A DNA stretch of 58,036 nucleotides from an uncultured Methanosarcinales archaeon (GTDB lineage: Archaea > Nanobdellota > Nanobdellia > Woesearchaeales > JAGVZT01). A program made the translations under genes and the position numbers. The stretch lies in NCBI GenBank assembly GCA_964419615.1, contig CAYQPU010000005.1:1-58036 (forward strand). Reading direction: 5' to 3'. Shown here piece after piece: positions 17,508 to 26,868 of this stretch (the first letter of the stretch is position 1; the number at the start of each line of letters is the position of its first letter). The notes under the pieces were generated by a model. It was not told where the DNA came from. It saw only the letters and a list, made by a program, of their open reading frames with translations, and did not search any database.

Positions 17508-18026
17508 ATGTCATATGATATTAATCCCAAAAACCTTGTAATCAAAATTGCTGAGGGTATTACATTAAAAGAAGCTAGAACTTTGATTAACAATGGGTTA
17601 TATGCTCAACACAATATGCAAGAGATCACAATTGAAGATGATAAAAATGAGAAAGCACTTTATGTGATTGCTTTATATGAAGATAAGATTATAACTTCAG
17701 GTAGATTGTGTTTAAGTCCTCCAGAAGATAAGATTGAACAAAGTGGACTATGGGAAGAAGTTAATAAAGAAGAATGCCAAGGAAGAGTAGCTATGTCTAG
17801 AGGGATTGTTACATTAGAAGATTACTGGGGCTGTGGGATTGGAGAAGAAGTCACATTAAAAAGAGAGGAGATTGCAAGATCACATGAACATCTGGTCATC
17901 CTAGCTTTAATTAGAGACCCAGCAAAGAAACTTTACAATAATTTAGGTTATGCATTTCTAAAAAAAGACTATCATCCTGCCAATGAACTAATAGGAGTTA
18001 GAGATTTTGTCTTTAAGCATTTATAA
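17508..18026 (+). CDS. GNAT-family acetyltransferase
   Basis: VTLEDYWGCGIG motif A; LYNNLGY motif B. Confidence 0.75.
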   Translation: MSYDINPKNLVIKIAEGITLKEARTLINNGLYAQHNMQEITIEDDKNEKALYVIALYEDKIITSGRLCLSPPEDKIEQSGLWEEVNKEECQGRVAMSRGIVTLEDYWGCGIGEEVTLKREEIARSHEHLVILALIRDPAKKLYNNLGYAFLKKDYHPANELIGVRDFVFKHL

Positions 18027-18151
18027 TAGAAAATTCAACAAAATAAGAACAAATCAAAAGGTAGTTTCCTATAGTCCATAAGACAATTTTATTACATTTG
18101 TTTTTATCAAATAAACCACACCAACCTACCTTAAAAATAGAATATACAAAA

Positions 18152-19348
18152 TTACCTACTTGTAACTATCTCAACAACATCTCCATAGTTTAATGTTTTG
18201 TCTTTAGAAACAGGAAGCTTTGTTTTCATATCAATTGCTTTGATAAATTTGTCACCAATTTCTGTATGGATCTTATAGGCAAATCCCTTTGGAGTAATGT
18301 CTTTAGGTACAAGTAAACAATCTGGTAGAACATTTCCATCTTTATCTGTTAGTTTGTTTGTGGCAACAGGAAATACAGCAATATACTCCAACATATCAAA
18401 CACTGCTTTGTTTAATACATCTTGCACACCAGTTGTTCCATATTTTTGAAGAATGTTTTCTTTAATAAACTGTAAAGCTTTCAATTGTTGTTCATTCAAG
18501 CCAGATTCATTAATAACTTTAAAACTATCTTCTCCTGGAATGTATTTGATCAATTCTTTTTTTGCTGCTTCTCTTAGTGCAAGTTCTGATTCTGCGCTGC
18601 AAGGAACAATAGTATAATCTGGAAATTCTTTTTTTAGTTTTTTAAGGTTTTCTTCTGCTCCTTTCATATCAGCTTTGTTTGCAGCTATAATCATTCTTTT
18701 TGATATTCTTCTAAGCTCAGATGCAAATGCTTTTAGATCATCTACCGTCCATTCATGAATGTTTTTTGAAAAGTTTTGTTTTTCTAATGCAGATTTGACC
18801 ATGTTCAGATCAATCTTTAATCCTGAAAACTGTTTAACAATTGCTTCTTCAACTTTGGCTTTTTCCTGCTGAGTTTTTCTGGCAAATCTTTCCCAGTTTT
18901 TCATTAATAATCCAAAAAACCACATATCTATTTCTTGTTCTAAGAATTTTATATCTTCTGCAGGATCATAAGTTCCAACAGGAACATTTTCTCCTTTTTC
19001 ATTAGTTGATCCTGATATATCAATTACGTGGATTAAAACATCAGCTTGGCTTAGATCATCTAAGAATTGATTTCCCATTCCTTTTCCTAAATGTGCGCCA
19101 GGAACAAGACCAGCAACATCTAATAAATCTATTGCAACAAACCTATTAGAATCAAGACAATAACCTGTTTTTGGCTGACATTTTGTATTAAATTCTGTTT
19201 CCACACATTTGACTTTAACAAACCCACAACCATGATTAGGCTTAATTGTAACAAATGGTCTGTTAAATATCTCTACTTCTGCTAGAGTTGAAGCTTTAAA
19301 TAAAGTAGATTTCCCAACATTAGTCTTCCCAACAACACCAATTAGCAT
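18152..19348 (-). CDS. ychF: Obg-family YchF/OLA1 ATPase/GTPase with TGS domain
   Basis: GKTNVGKST, PFVTIKPN, DVAGLVPGAHLGKGMGNQFLD, NKAD, AYKIHT. Confidence 0.93.
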   Translation of the reverse strand: MLIGVVGKTNVGKSTLFKASTLAEVEIFNRPFVTIKPNHGCGFVKVKCVETEFNTKCQPKTGYCLDSNRFVAIDLLDVAGLVPGAHLGKGMGNQFLDDLSQADVLIHVIDISGSTNEKGENVPVGTYDPAEDIKFLEQEIDMWFFGLLMKNWERFARKTQQEKAKVEEAIVKQFSGLKIDLNMVKSALEKQNFSKNIHEWTVDDLKAFASELRRISKRMIIAANKADMKGAEENLKKLKKEFPDYTIVPCSAESELALREAAKKELIKYIPGEDSFKVINESGLNEQQLKALQFIKENILQKYGTTGVQDVLNKAVFDMLEYIAVFPVATNKLTDKDGNVLPDCLLVPKDITPKGFAYKIHTEIGDKFIKAIDMKTKLPVSKDKTLNYGDVVEIVTSR

Positions 19349-19381
19349 AAAAAGTAAGTTTATTGTTTTGGTATATATATT

Positions 19382-19780
19382 TTATTGGTAATTGAACTGC
19401 TTTAAAAACTCAATTCTTTTTATTCCAACTAAGTTTCTCCACCAATCACCAACTGATTTAAAGTCACTTTCATCAAAAATATCATCTATAATCCCAACAG
19501 GACCAAAAGCTGCATTAGGTTTTCCCAAGTATTGTAATAAATAATTACATGCTTCCCCGAGTTTTCTCTCACTGCCTTTTACTAAAAAGTATATTTTCTC
19601 ATCCAAACTTAATATTTTTTTGCATAACATATAGGGGTATTTTTGAGAGAAATCTGATTCAGCGTTAATGAACTTTTGATACTTGTCTATTTTTACACCA
19701 CCAAGGTTAAAAATCGCATTAGCAACTCCTCCCAGTAAATTGTATTCAAGTGTTACAGTCTTATAATTATCTGATCTCAT
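19382..19780 (-). CDS. Hypothetical protein, tandem paralog A
   Basis: Aligns with 19935..20330 (LGG, YQK, GP..IDDIF, W.RN..G, C-terminal NYQ). Confidence 0.8.
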   Translation of the reverse strand: MRSDNYKTVTLEYNLLGGVANAIFNLGGVKIDKYQKFINAESDFSQKYPYMLCKKILSLDEKIYFLVKGSERKLGEACNYLLQYLGKPNAAFGPVGIIDDIFDESDFKSVGDWWRNLVGIKRIEFLKQFNYQ

Positions 19781-19934
19781 TATAAAAAAGGGAATTTAAT
19801 CATCTATTTAAACATTTATTATAAATTCTATTAAAAAGTCAGCAAGCATATAAATTTACTAAAAAACACATATAAATCAAACAAAATCCAATTAACATAA
19901 AAATTAAATTAATAAGTAAGGGCACATATATGTA

Positions 19935-20330
19935 TTACTGGTAATTTGGTTGCTCAGCAAATTCAAGTTTTCTGAACCCTATTTTATTTCTTAACCAACT
20001 CTCGACTGGTTTAGAATCATATTCCTGGAAAATGTCATCAATAAACTCTCTTGGACCATATGCACTAACAGGCATGCCAAATTGTTGGAGAACTTGTAAT
20101 GCAACGTGACGAACAAAGTCTTCTTTGCCTAGAAACATAAGATTTACATCTGTAAAATCTAGCATTCTTTGACATTCTAAGTCAGGAAATCTATGAGCTA
20201 TACTCTCGGTTACATCAACATATTTTTGGTATTCATCTGATGTTATGCCAAAAGCGCTCAAAATACCACCTAAAAACCCATGATTAAGAGGACATGTTAA
20301 CATAACTGCTTCGTAATCCTTGTTTGTCAT
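19935..20330 (-). CDS. Hypothetical protein, tandem paralog B
   Basis: Aligns with 19382..19780. Confidence 0.8.
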   Translation of the reverse strand: MTNKDYEAVMLTCPLNHGFLGGILSAFGITSDEYQKYVDVTESIAHRFPDLECQRMLDFTDVNLMFLGKEDFVRHVALQVLQQFGMPVSAYGPREFIDDIFQEYDSKPVESWLRNKIGFRKLEFAEQPNYQ

Positions 20331-20416
20331 ATTTATCAGAAAACAACTAAAACTTATAAAACTTATGAAAAAAGACTATCCATAAAGGGTCATTTCTGTT
20401 TTTTCACCAAAAAATA

Positions 20417-20424
20417 TATATAAA
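20417..20424 (+). promoter_or_regulatory. TATA box TATATAAA for the Ser leader-serS transcript
   Basis: Ends 20 nt upstream of the leader ATG at 20445. Confidence 0.6.
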
Positions 20425-20444
20425 CTAATTCAAATCCATTGATT

Positions 20445-20492
20445 ATGAATATATACATGAATCAAAGCTCAAGTTCTAGTCAATCTAGCTAA
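20445..20492 (+). CDS. Putative Ser-sensing leader peptide MNIYMNQSSSSSQSS* (15 aa)
   Basis: Manual translation: 7 of the last 8 codons are Ser (AGC TCA AGT TCT AGT caa TCT AGC); directly upstream of serS. Confidence 0.85.
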   Translation: MNIYMNQSSSSSQSS

Positions 20493-20510
20493 GACTAGAT
20501 TCATTGTTTT
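20482..20510 (+). terminator. Attenuator-like hairpin AATCTAG-ctaaga-CTAGATT over the leader stop codon, followed by CATTG and a T-tract
   Basis: Seen directly; function inferred. Confidence 0.55.
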
Positions 20511-20551
20511 TCTCAAAAAATTTATATAAGATTATAACGGAGGGATAAAAT

Positions 20552-21829
20552 ATGCTAGATATAAAATTTGTCAGGGAAAATCCTGATAAGGTAAAAGAGA
20601 ATATTAAGAAAAAATTCCAAGAAGACAAACTTCCATTAGTTGATAAACTGCTAAAAGCAGATGTTGATTATAGAGCTGTTTTAAAGGAATCAGAGAACTT
20701 AAGACACGAACGAAATAAAATTACTGCAAAGATTAGTGAACTTAAAAAACAAGGTAAAAATGCAGCAGAATTACTTGCACAAGCCAAAGAGATTCCAGAT
20801 AAAATCAAGAACCTTGAAGTAAAAAGAGATGAGCTTAAGGCAGAGATCAAAGATTATCTATATACAATTCCAAATATGATTCATGAATCTGTGCCTACTG
20901 GCAAGAATGATAAAGAAAATGTTGAAATTCAAAGAATCGGTGAACCAAAAAAGTTTGATTTTGAAGTGAAAAGTCATGTTGAGATTGCAGAAAATTTAGG
21001 GATGGCAGATTTTACAACTTCTGGGGAGATTTCAGGTAATGGTTTTTACATTCTAAAAGGTAACCTAGGACTGTTGAATATGGCTTTGATTAACTATTCA
21101 AGAGACTACATGGTAAAACAAGGTTATTTGTATGTCGAACCTCCTTTGATGATTAGGAAAAAGGTATTGACAGGTGTTTATTCAAATGAAGAGATTGATC
21201 AAATGGCCTATAAGTTAGATGGTGAAGATCTTTATCTAATTGCAACTTCTGAACATCCCATGATTGGTATGTATATTAACAAGACTCTTGATAAAAAAGA
21301 GCTGCCTGTTAAGATCACAGGATATAGTGCTTGTTTTAGAAGAGAAATTGGCAGCCATGGTATTGATGAAAAAGGACTCTATAGAACGCATCAGTTTCAC
21401 AAACAAGAAATGATTGTAATTTGTGAACCTGAAGATTCATACAAATTCTATGATGAGATGCTTGAACATTCAATTAATGTGTTCAAGGGTTTAGAAATTC
21501 CTATAAGAATTTTAGAGTGTTGTTCTGGTGACCTTGCTGACCTTAAAGCTAAAAGCTGTGATCTTGAAGCATGGTCTCCAAGGCAAAATAAATATTTTGA
21601 AATTACATCACTAACAAATATGGAAGGTTCTCAAGCCAGAAGACTTAAGATTAAAATCCAAGGCAAAGATGGCAAGTATTACGCACATACCTTGAATAAT
21701 ACTGTTATCGCCACCTCCAGAGCAATGGTTGCAATCTTAGAGAATTTCCAAAATAAAGATGGTTCAGTGACAATTCCAAAGGCCCTTAGACCTTATATGA
21801 ACGGACTTGAAAAACTAGAAAAGATGTAA
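20552..21829 (+). CDS. serS: Serine-tRNA ligase
   Basis: MLDIKFVRENP, coiled-coil arm, LIATSEHP, FRREIG, HQFHKQE, HTLNNT; SD GGAGGG at 20539. Confidence 0.96.
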   Translation: MLDIKFVRENPDKVKENIKKKFQEDKLPLVDKLLKADVDYRAVLKESENLRHERNKITAKISELKKQGKNAAELLAQAKEIPDKIKNLEVKRDELKAEIKDYLYTIPNMIHESVPTGKNDKENVEIQRIGEPKKFDFEVKSHVEIAENLGMADFTTSGEISGNGFYILKGNLGLLNMALINYSRDYMVKQGYLYVEPPLMIRKKVLTGVYSNEEIDQMAYKLDGEDLYLIATSEHPMIGMYINKTLDKKELPVKITGYSACFRREIGSHGIDEKGLYRTHQFHKQEMIVICEPEDSYKFYDEMLEHSINVFKGLEIPIRILECCSGDLADLKAKSCDLEAWSPRQNKYFEITSLTNMEGSQARRLKIKIQGKDGKYYAHTLNNTVIATSRAMVAILENFQNKDGSVTIPKALRPYMNGLEKLEKM

Positions 21830-21834
21830 TTATA

Positions 21835-22890
21835 ATGGAAATAATTGAGATTCTAAAGCAACTCATCAGGTTTAAAACAACGTCTAATAGATCTGAAGAC
21901 CTAAGTAAGATTATTGATTATGTAGAAGAATACTTTGCAAAGGATTTTGTTGTAACAAGATATGAAAGAAGAAAAAAGCATTCCCTTGTTGTTACATATG
22001 ATGAATCAATGTCTCCTGAAGTATTTTTGGTGGCACACCTTGATGTTGTTCCAGGAAAAGAAGGGCAATTTGAGGCTGTTGTTAAAGGAAATAAACTTTA
22101 TGCAAGAGGATCAAATGACAACAAAGCTAGCGCAGCAATAATTATGAAACTTATGAAAGATCTCAAAGAACAAAAACCCTCTATTGGACTAATGCTAACA
22201 ACTGATGAAGAAGTTGGAGGTATGAATGGTGTCAAACATTTAATAGAGCAAGGCTATTCTTCAAAGTTTGCAATTGTACTTGATGCTGGAGAGGATTATA
22301 ACATAATTACCAAAGAAAAAGCAGCGCTTCATCTAAAAGTTAAGGCAATAGGTAAAGCTGCACATGGTTCAAAGCCATGGAAAGGTGAGAACGCGATTGA
22401 TAAGTTGATTGATCTTTACAGAGAGCTAAAAGAGAGTTTCCCTGATTCAACAAAAGATGATAGGTGGAAAAATACAATAAGCATTGGCAGGATTGAAGGA
22501 GGAACAGCTGTAAACAAAGTTGCAGATGAAGCTCACCTTTGGATAGATATGAGATTTGTTAGTAACAAGGATAAAAATAAAATAAAACAATTAATTGAGG
22601 AGAGAGGATTTGAAGTCAAGGTTTTGACAGATGCAGGTGTGATGGATACTGATCCTAATAATGATTATATTAACAGGCTAAAAAAGTGTGCAGGAGAGGT
22701 TGCAGATAAAGACATTATTTTTGATAAAATACATGGAGCAACTGATGCAAGATACTTTGCAGATAATAATATTCCTGCTGTTATGATAATGCCAAACGGA
22801 GGGGGAACTCATGCAGATGATGAATATGTTGAGATTGATAGCATTGATGTTATTTATAAAATTTTAAAGAAGTTCCTTCTTAATTACTGA
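21835..22890 (+). CDS. M20 family metallopeptidase (ArgE/DapE-like)
   Basis: HLDVVP, RGSNDNK, DEEVGG, GKAAHGS, GATDARYF, H-x-DDE. Confidence 0.88.
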   Translation: MEIIEILKQLIRFKTTSNRSEDLSKIIDYVEEYFAKDFVVTRYERRKKHSLVVTYDESMSPEVFLVAHLDVVPGKEGQFEAVVKGNKLYARGSNDNKASAAIIMKLMKDLKEQKPSIGLMLTTDEEVGGMNGVKHLIEQGYSSKFAIVLDAGEDYNIITKEKAALHLKVKAIGKAAHGSKPWKGENAIDKLIDLYRELKESFPDSTKDDRWKNTISIGRIEGGTAVNKVADEAHLWIDMRFVSNKDKNKIKQLIEERGFEVKVLTDAGVMDTDPNNDYINRLKKCAGEVADKDIIFDKIHGATDARYFADNNIPAVMIMPNGGGTHADDEYVEIDSIDVIYKILKKFLLNY

Positions 22891-22898
22891 AAATAAAT

Positions 22899-23411
22899 CT
22901 AGACTGTTTCTTGAGTTGAGTATCTTCCTTTATATTCTGCTTTACCTTTACACCTTTCAAAAACTATCTGACAGATTTTTGTTCCAGGATGTAATGCTAG
23001 CTTCATTTTACTTAGATTAATTATTTCAAGGACTTGTTTGTTATCTGCTCCTGGGTGGATAAAATTTGCACTTACATGTATAGATAAACCCATTCTTGCA
23101 AATCTGGATCTTCCTTGTAGCCATCCACAAATGTTTGGAGATAGTGTGATGTGCTCTTGGGTGATTCCATGAACTAGTTGACCAGGATGAATAATGAAAT
23201 TATCTTTTACTTTTACAATCTCTGAATAATCGTTAGGATCAATATCATTTGTTACATCTATTGTTTTGTTGTTGGCGTTAAATACTCTGAATTCATGACC
23301 CAGACAGAGATCAACTGAACCAGCTCCTACTTGATCTTCATTAAAAGGTGTAATTTTAATGTGTCCTTTTTTGATTTCAGATAAAATCTCTTTTTTTGTT
23401 AGAATTGTCAT
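22899..23411 (-). CDS. dcd: dCTP deaminase
   Basis: GSVDLCLG, GRSRFARMG, IHPG, LEIIN, ICQIVF; start moved to MTILTKKEI. Confidence 0.9.
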   Translation of the reverse strand: MTILTKKEILSEIKKGHIKITPFNEDQVGAGSVDLCLGHEFRVFNANNKTIDVTNDIDPNDYSEIVKVKDNFIIHPGQLVHGITQEHITLSPNICGWLQGRSRFARMGLSIHVSANFIHPGADNKQVLEIINLSKMKLALHPGTKICQIVFERCKGKAEYKGRYSTQETV

Positions 23412-23484
23412 AATTAGCAGCTGAGGTCTTTTATTTAAATAATTTACCAAAATCATATTAAATGAAACAATCCTTCCACCAAAT

Positions 23485-24264
23485 ATGAAAGCAATTGATA
23501 AGCTAAAGGAGTTAACTGGACATGAAAATGTATTACTTGTTAATTCAGGTAATGGTGCAATTTTCCTAGCTTTGCTATTAGCCAAAGAAAAACATAATCA
23601 AATCTATATTCCGGATCAAGGTGGTTGGCTGTCTTACCAAACCTTTCCAAAATTGTTAAGCTTAAAGGCTTTTGAAATTAAAACAGACCATGGTTTAATC
23701 AACCCAAATCAGTTAGATGCTAAAGAAGGGGCATTAATTGCCCAAAGTATGGCAGGTTATTTTGCTGAACAATCTATCAACGAGATTCAGAAGAAATTTT
23801 TCAAAAATAATTGTTTGTTTATCCAGGATGCTTCTCCTAATCTTGGTGAGAAACTAGTCAAAACAGATATTACTGTTGGGAGTTTTGGTAAATGGAAACC
23901 AGTGGAGTTAGGTTATGGTGGGTTTATTTCTTCAGATATGGAATTAGAATTTGACAAACAATTATTAAAAATGCTGAAGTTTCAAGGTGATCAAGAGCTG
24001 CTTTTAAGAAAGATAGATCAAGCACCTGAAAGGATTACTTCATGGAAACAAACTCAAAGTAAAATAAAAAAAGATCTTAAAAGCTTTAATATTATCCACA
24101 AAGATATTCCTGGGTCTAATGTGATTGTCAAATTTGATAATGAATCTGAAAAAGAAGAAATTATTAAATATTGCACAACAAACAAATATGAATATACTAT
24201 TTGTCCCAGGTATATCAGGGTTTTAGATAATGCAATTAGTATTGAAGTAAAAAGGTTAAGGTGA
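23485..24264 (+). CDS. Short DegT/DnrJ-like PLP-fold protein
   Basis: NSGNGAI, IQDAS, SFGKWKPV..GYGG resemble fold-type I sugar aminotransferase motifs. Confidence 0.65.
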   Translation: MKAIDKLKELTGHENVLLVNSGNGAIFLALLLAKEKHNQIYIPDQGGWLSYQTFPKLLSLKAFEIKTDHGLINPNQLDAKEGALIAQSMAGYFAEQSINEIQKKFFKNNCLFIQDASPNLGEKLVKTDITVGSFGKWKPVELGYGGFISSDMELEFDKQLLKMLKFQGDQELLLRKIDQAPERITSWKQTQSKIKKDLKSFNIIHKDIPGSNVIVKFDNESEKEEIIKYCTTNKYEYTICPRYIRVLDNAISIEVKRLR

Positions 24265-24268
24265 AAAT

Positions 24269-24664
24269 ATGTTAAGAGAACCAGAAAATATGAAAGAGTT
24301 GATTTACCATACTTTTAGAGATGTTGGAGAAGGAGATGCTAGGGTCTGGGTGTTTAAGGAAATGTGCCCAGAGTGTGGTAAAGGGTTAATGGGAAAACCA
24401 GTAAAAGATGATGGTAAGGTAAAAATTCGTGCTAAGGAATATGTTTGCCCAGAATGTAGTCATAGTATTGAGAAAAAAGAGTATGAGGAAAGTCTTCAGG
24501 CTAATGTTGAGTACACATGCCCTGAATGCAAACATAAAGGTCAAACACAAGTTCCATATAAAAGAAAAAGTATCAAAGGCGTTAAAACAATTAGAGCTAA
24601 TTGTGAAAAATGTAATGCAAATATTGACATTACAAAAAAGATGAAAGTACCAAAAAAGAAATAG
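24269..24664 (+). CDS. Multi-zinc-ribbon protein
   Basis: Four CxxC pairs; basic C-terminus. Confidence 0.8.
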   Translation: MLREPENMKELIYHTFRDVGEGDARVWVFKEMCPECGKGLMGKPVKDDGKVKIRAKEYVCPECSHSIEKKEYEESLQANVEYTCPECKHKGQTQVPYKRKSIKGVKTIRANCEKCNANIDITKKMKVPKKK

Positions 24665-24672
24665 TTGGAATC

Positions 24673-25275
24673 ATGCTAAAAGGAACAATCATTAAATTTG
24701 AGAACTGGCTAAAGACAAATGTTATTCCTGAGTTTAAAATAGCATTAGATCCAATCCTCGCTCGAAAAAGACTTATTATTGCTTGCATTATTATTTTAGT
24801 GATTGGATTGTTGTTAGGTAGAATTCACAAAGCATTGCTTTTTGTACCTTTACTAATTGTAATAGCATCTTTTTCAATGGTTTATAATCTAATTATAAGA
24901 TTTAGTTTTGGTTTTGAATTGATCATGCTTGCAACCGTGCTTTGCAGTGTTGCTTATGGGCCAGTGGTTGGAGTTCTTGTTGGTTTTGTTTCATTGTTTT
25001 TTGCTGAAATAATTAGTAGTAAAATGAGTTATAATACTTTCATTAGTTTTATTGGCATTGCTGTTGTTGCTATTGTTGCTTCATCATTTAGTGGAGATAA
25101 CATATCAACGTGGGGTATAATGATGACATTCTTGTATGATATTATTATAGTACCATTATACCTTCTTTCAGGAAGTAATCCAATTAGTTCAATAATTTAC
25201 GTTGTAACGCATATTCCTTTTAATGTGTGGGTCTTCTATAGAATCGCTCCTTGGCTTCTTAGGTCAATGGTTTGA
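24673..25275 (+). CDS. Integral membrane protein, ECF S-component-like
   Basis: Six to seven TM helices; YGPVVGVLVG motif. Confidence 0.6.
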   Translation: MLKGTIIKFENWLKTNVIPEFKIALDPILARKRLIIACIIILVIGLLLGRIHKALLFVPLLIVIASFSMVYNLIIRFSFGFELIMLATVLCSVAYGPVVGVLVGFVSLFFAEIISSKMSYNTFISFIGIAVVAIVASSFSGDNISTWGIMMTFLYDIIIVPLYLLSGSNPISSIIYVVTHIPFNVWVFYRIAPWLLRSMV

Positions 25276-25314
25276 GCAAAAGATATTTAAATATACAAAA
25301 ATCTCCTAAATAGA

Positions 25315-25345
25315 GAGGTGCTGATACCTCAGAGCTTGTTCTGAG
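25315..25345 (+). promoter_or_regulatory. Two mutually exclusive hairpins between the SD and the start codon
   Basis: GAGGT/ACCTC (sequesters the SD) overlaps CTCAGA/TCTGAG. Confidence 0.4.
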
Positions 25346-26764
25346 ATGGTAAAAATGAGAATTGATGGTAACATTATTTGGGCGGGTGCTGATCCAGATC
25401 AATTTCCAAGAGAGATCTCTGGAGGAAAAGGTAATTATCTGTTTGGATTATTCAATTTTGCTCAGGAATATGAGACTGTTATTGTTCCTAATTTTTTTGT
25501 GATTCATACTCGAGCATTTATTGATAGAATAATTCCCAAGGAAATAAGTGAAGGCATAAAGTTAGTTCTACCTAATGATGTTACTGATGGTTATCAAGAT
25601 TTAAATCAACCAACTGCTGTAAGATCTTCATCTCCATTAGAAGATGGAATTCAAGCAAGTTTTGCAGGAAAATATGAGACAGTATTAGGTGTGTGCAGCA
25701 TTAAAGAACTAAAGTCAGCTATGCTCACTGTATATGACTCAACACGATCTGACAGAGTTTATGAATATGCAGAACAAATAGGTATTCCAATCAGTCTAGA
25801 TATGGCAATCATTGTTCAAGAGCAAGTTATGGATCCTGATGCTTGGGGGATTATTAATATTAATGAAGATGAATATTATGTTTCATATGAAGAAAAAGGA
25901 TTTGATGGTTTTATTAACCTATCAGTATCAAAGAAACAAATTGAAAGAGGTTTAGCTGAACGTTCAGAAGAATCAGAATTAAATATTTCTGGTGCAATTG
26001 CTAGTGCTGCAAAAGCGAGGGATTTTCTAAGGTTAGACAAAGAGGCGGAAATACAAGTTGAGTTTTTGTTAAAACAAGGCGAAAAACCGTATTTTGTTCA
26101 AATAAGACAGCTTCCCAAAATTGATCTGGATGAAACAATGGTGGAATTGGAAGTTCCACCGGGAGTTATTTATGCTGAAAGCCAGGTTTGTAATGGTATA
26201 CCTGGAACATGGGAATATCCAGTATATGTCACATTTAGTGAATCTCAATTTGAAGGGATTCTTGATCAAACAGGCCATGCGGGGATTTTAAATCGAGATG
26301 TAACAGACATAGATCGTGAAAAACTAAAAGCTTTTAGTAGTAATAGTAATCTTGCAAGCAATTCAGATTTTTTAGAATTTCGGCAAGTAATGAATAATAG
26401 AAGTTATATGTTTAGAAGCGAGCGCTTTGAAGGATTTACCGAAATATGGAGAAGAGGAGACAAGCTCTTTGGTAATTACATTCTTGTTTGTGATAAACTC
26501 GATGGTAGTCGTGAGGAAATTAGGATGAGTGATTACACTCCAAACAAAGTAGGGATTGTTACCTGTGTAGACAATAATCCATTATCACATGCAATGGTTA
26601 TTTCAAAAGAATTGGGAATTCCTGCAGTGAGTTTTGTGAGTAGTGTAATGGATATGGAATCTTTTTATAATCAAGTTGAAACAGGTGACATTGTGGTTAT
26701 TAAAAGCAATGGTAAAAAAGCTGTTGCATATATTAAAGAAAAAAGATCCAAAGAATTTTCTTAA
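25346..26764 (+). CDS. PEP synthase/PPDK-like ATP-grasp plus C-terminal phospho-His domain protein
   Basis: GGKG, AVRSSSPLEDG..ASFAG, IIVQEQV, FVQIRQL; SHAMVISKELGIPAV. Confidence 0.8.
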   Translation: MVKMRIDGNIIWAGADPDQFPREISGGKGNYLFGLFNFAQEYETVIVPNFFVIHTRAFIDRIIPKEISEGIKLVLPNDVTDGYQDLNQPTAVRSSSPLEDGIQASFAGKYETVLGVCSIKELKSAMLTVYDSTRSDRVYEYAEQIGIPISLDMAIIVQEQVMDPDAWGIININEDEYYVSYEEKGFDGFINLSVSKKQIERGLAERSEESELNISGAIASAAKARDFLRLDKEAEIQVEFLLKQGEKPYFVQIRQLPKIDLDETMVELEVPPGVIYAESQVCNGIPGTWEYPVYVTFSESQFEGILDQTGHAGILNRDVTDIDREKLKAFSSNSNLASNSDFLEFRQVMNNRSYMFRSERFEGFTEIWRRGDKLFGNYILVCDKLDGSREEIRMSDYTPNKVGIVTCVDNNPLSHAMVISKELGIPAVSFVSSVMDMESFYNQVETGDIVVIKSNGKKAVAYIKEKRSKEFS

Positions 26765-26779
26765 AAACATAGCAAACAC

Positions 26780-26786
26780 TTAAATA
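26780..26786 (+). promoter_or_regulatory. TATA box TTAAATA for the Met leader-metG transcript
   Basis: Ends 22 nt upstream of the leader ATG at 26809. Confidence 0.55.
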
Positions 26787-26808
26787 TCTAAATTCATTCC
26801 TAATTGCT

Positions 26809-26868
26809 ATGAAATCAAACCATAGCTTAAAAATGATGACTTCTATGCTAGCTATGCGAATGCGGTAA
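26809..26868 (+). CDS. Putative Met-sensing leader peptide MKSNHSLKMMTSMLAMRMR* (19 aa)
   Basis: Manual translation: 5 internal Met codons in the last 11 codons; directly upstream of metG. Confidence 0.85.
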   Translation: MKSNHSLKMMTSMLAMRMR

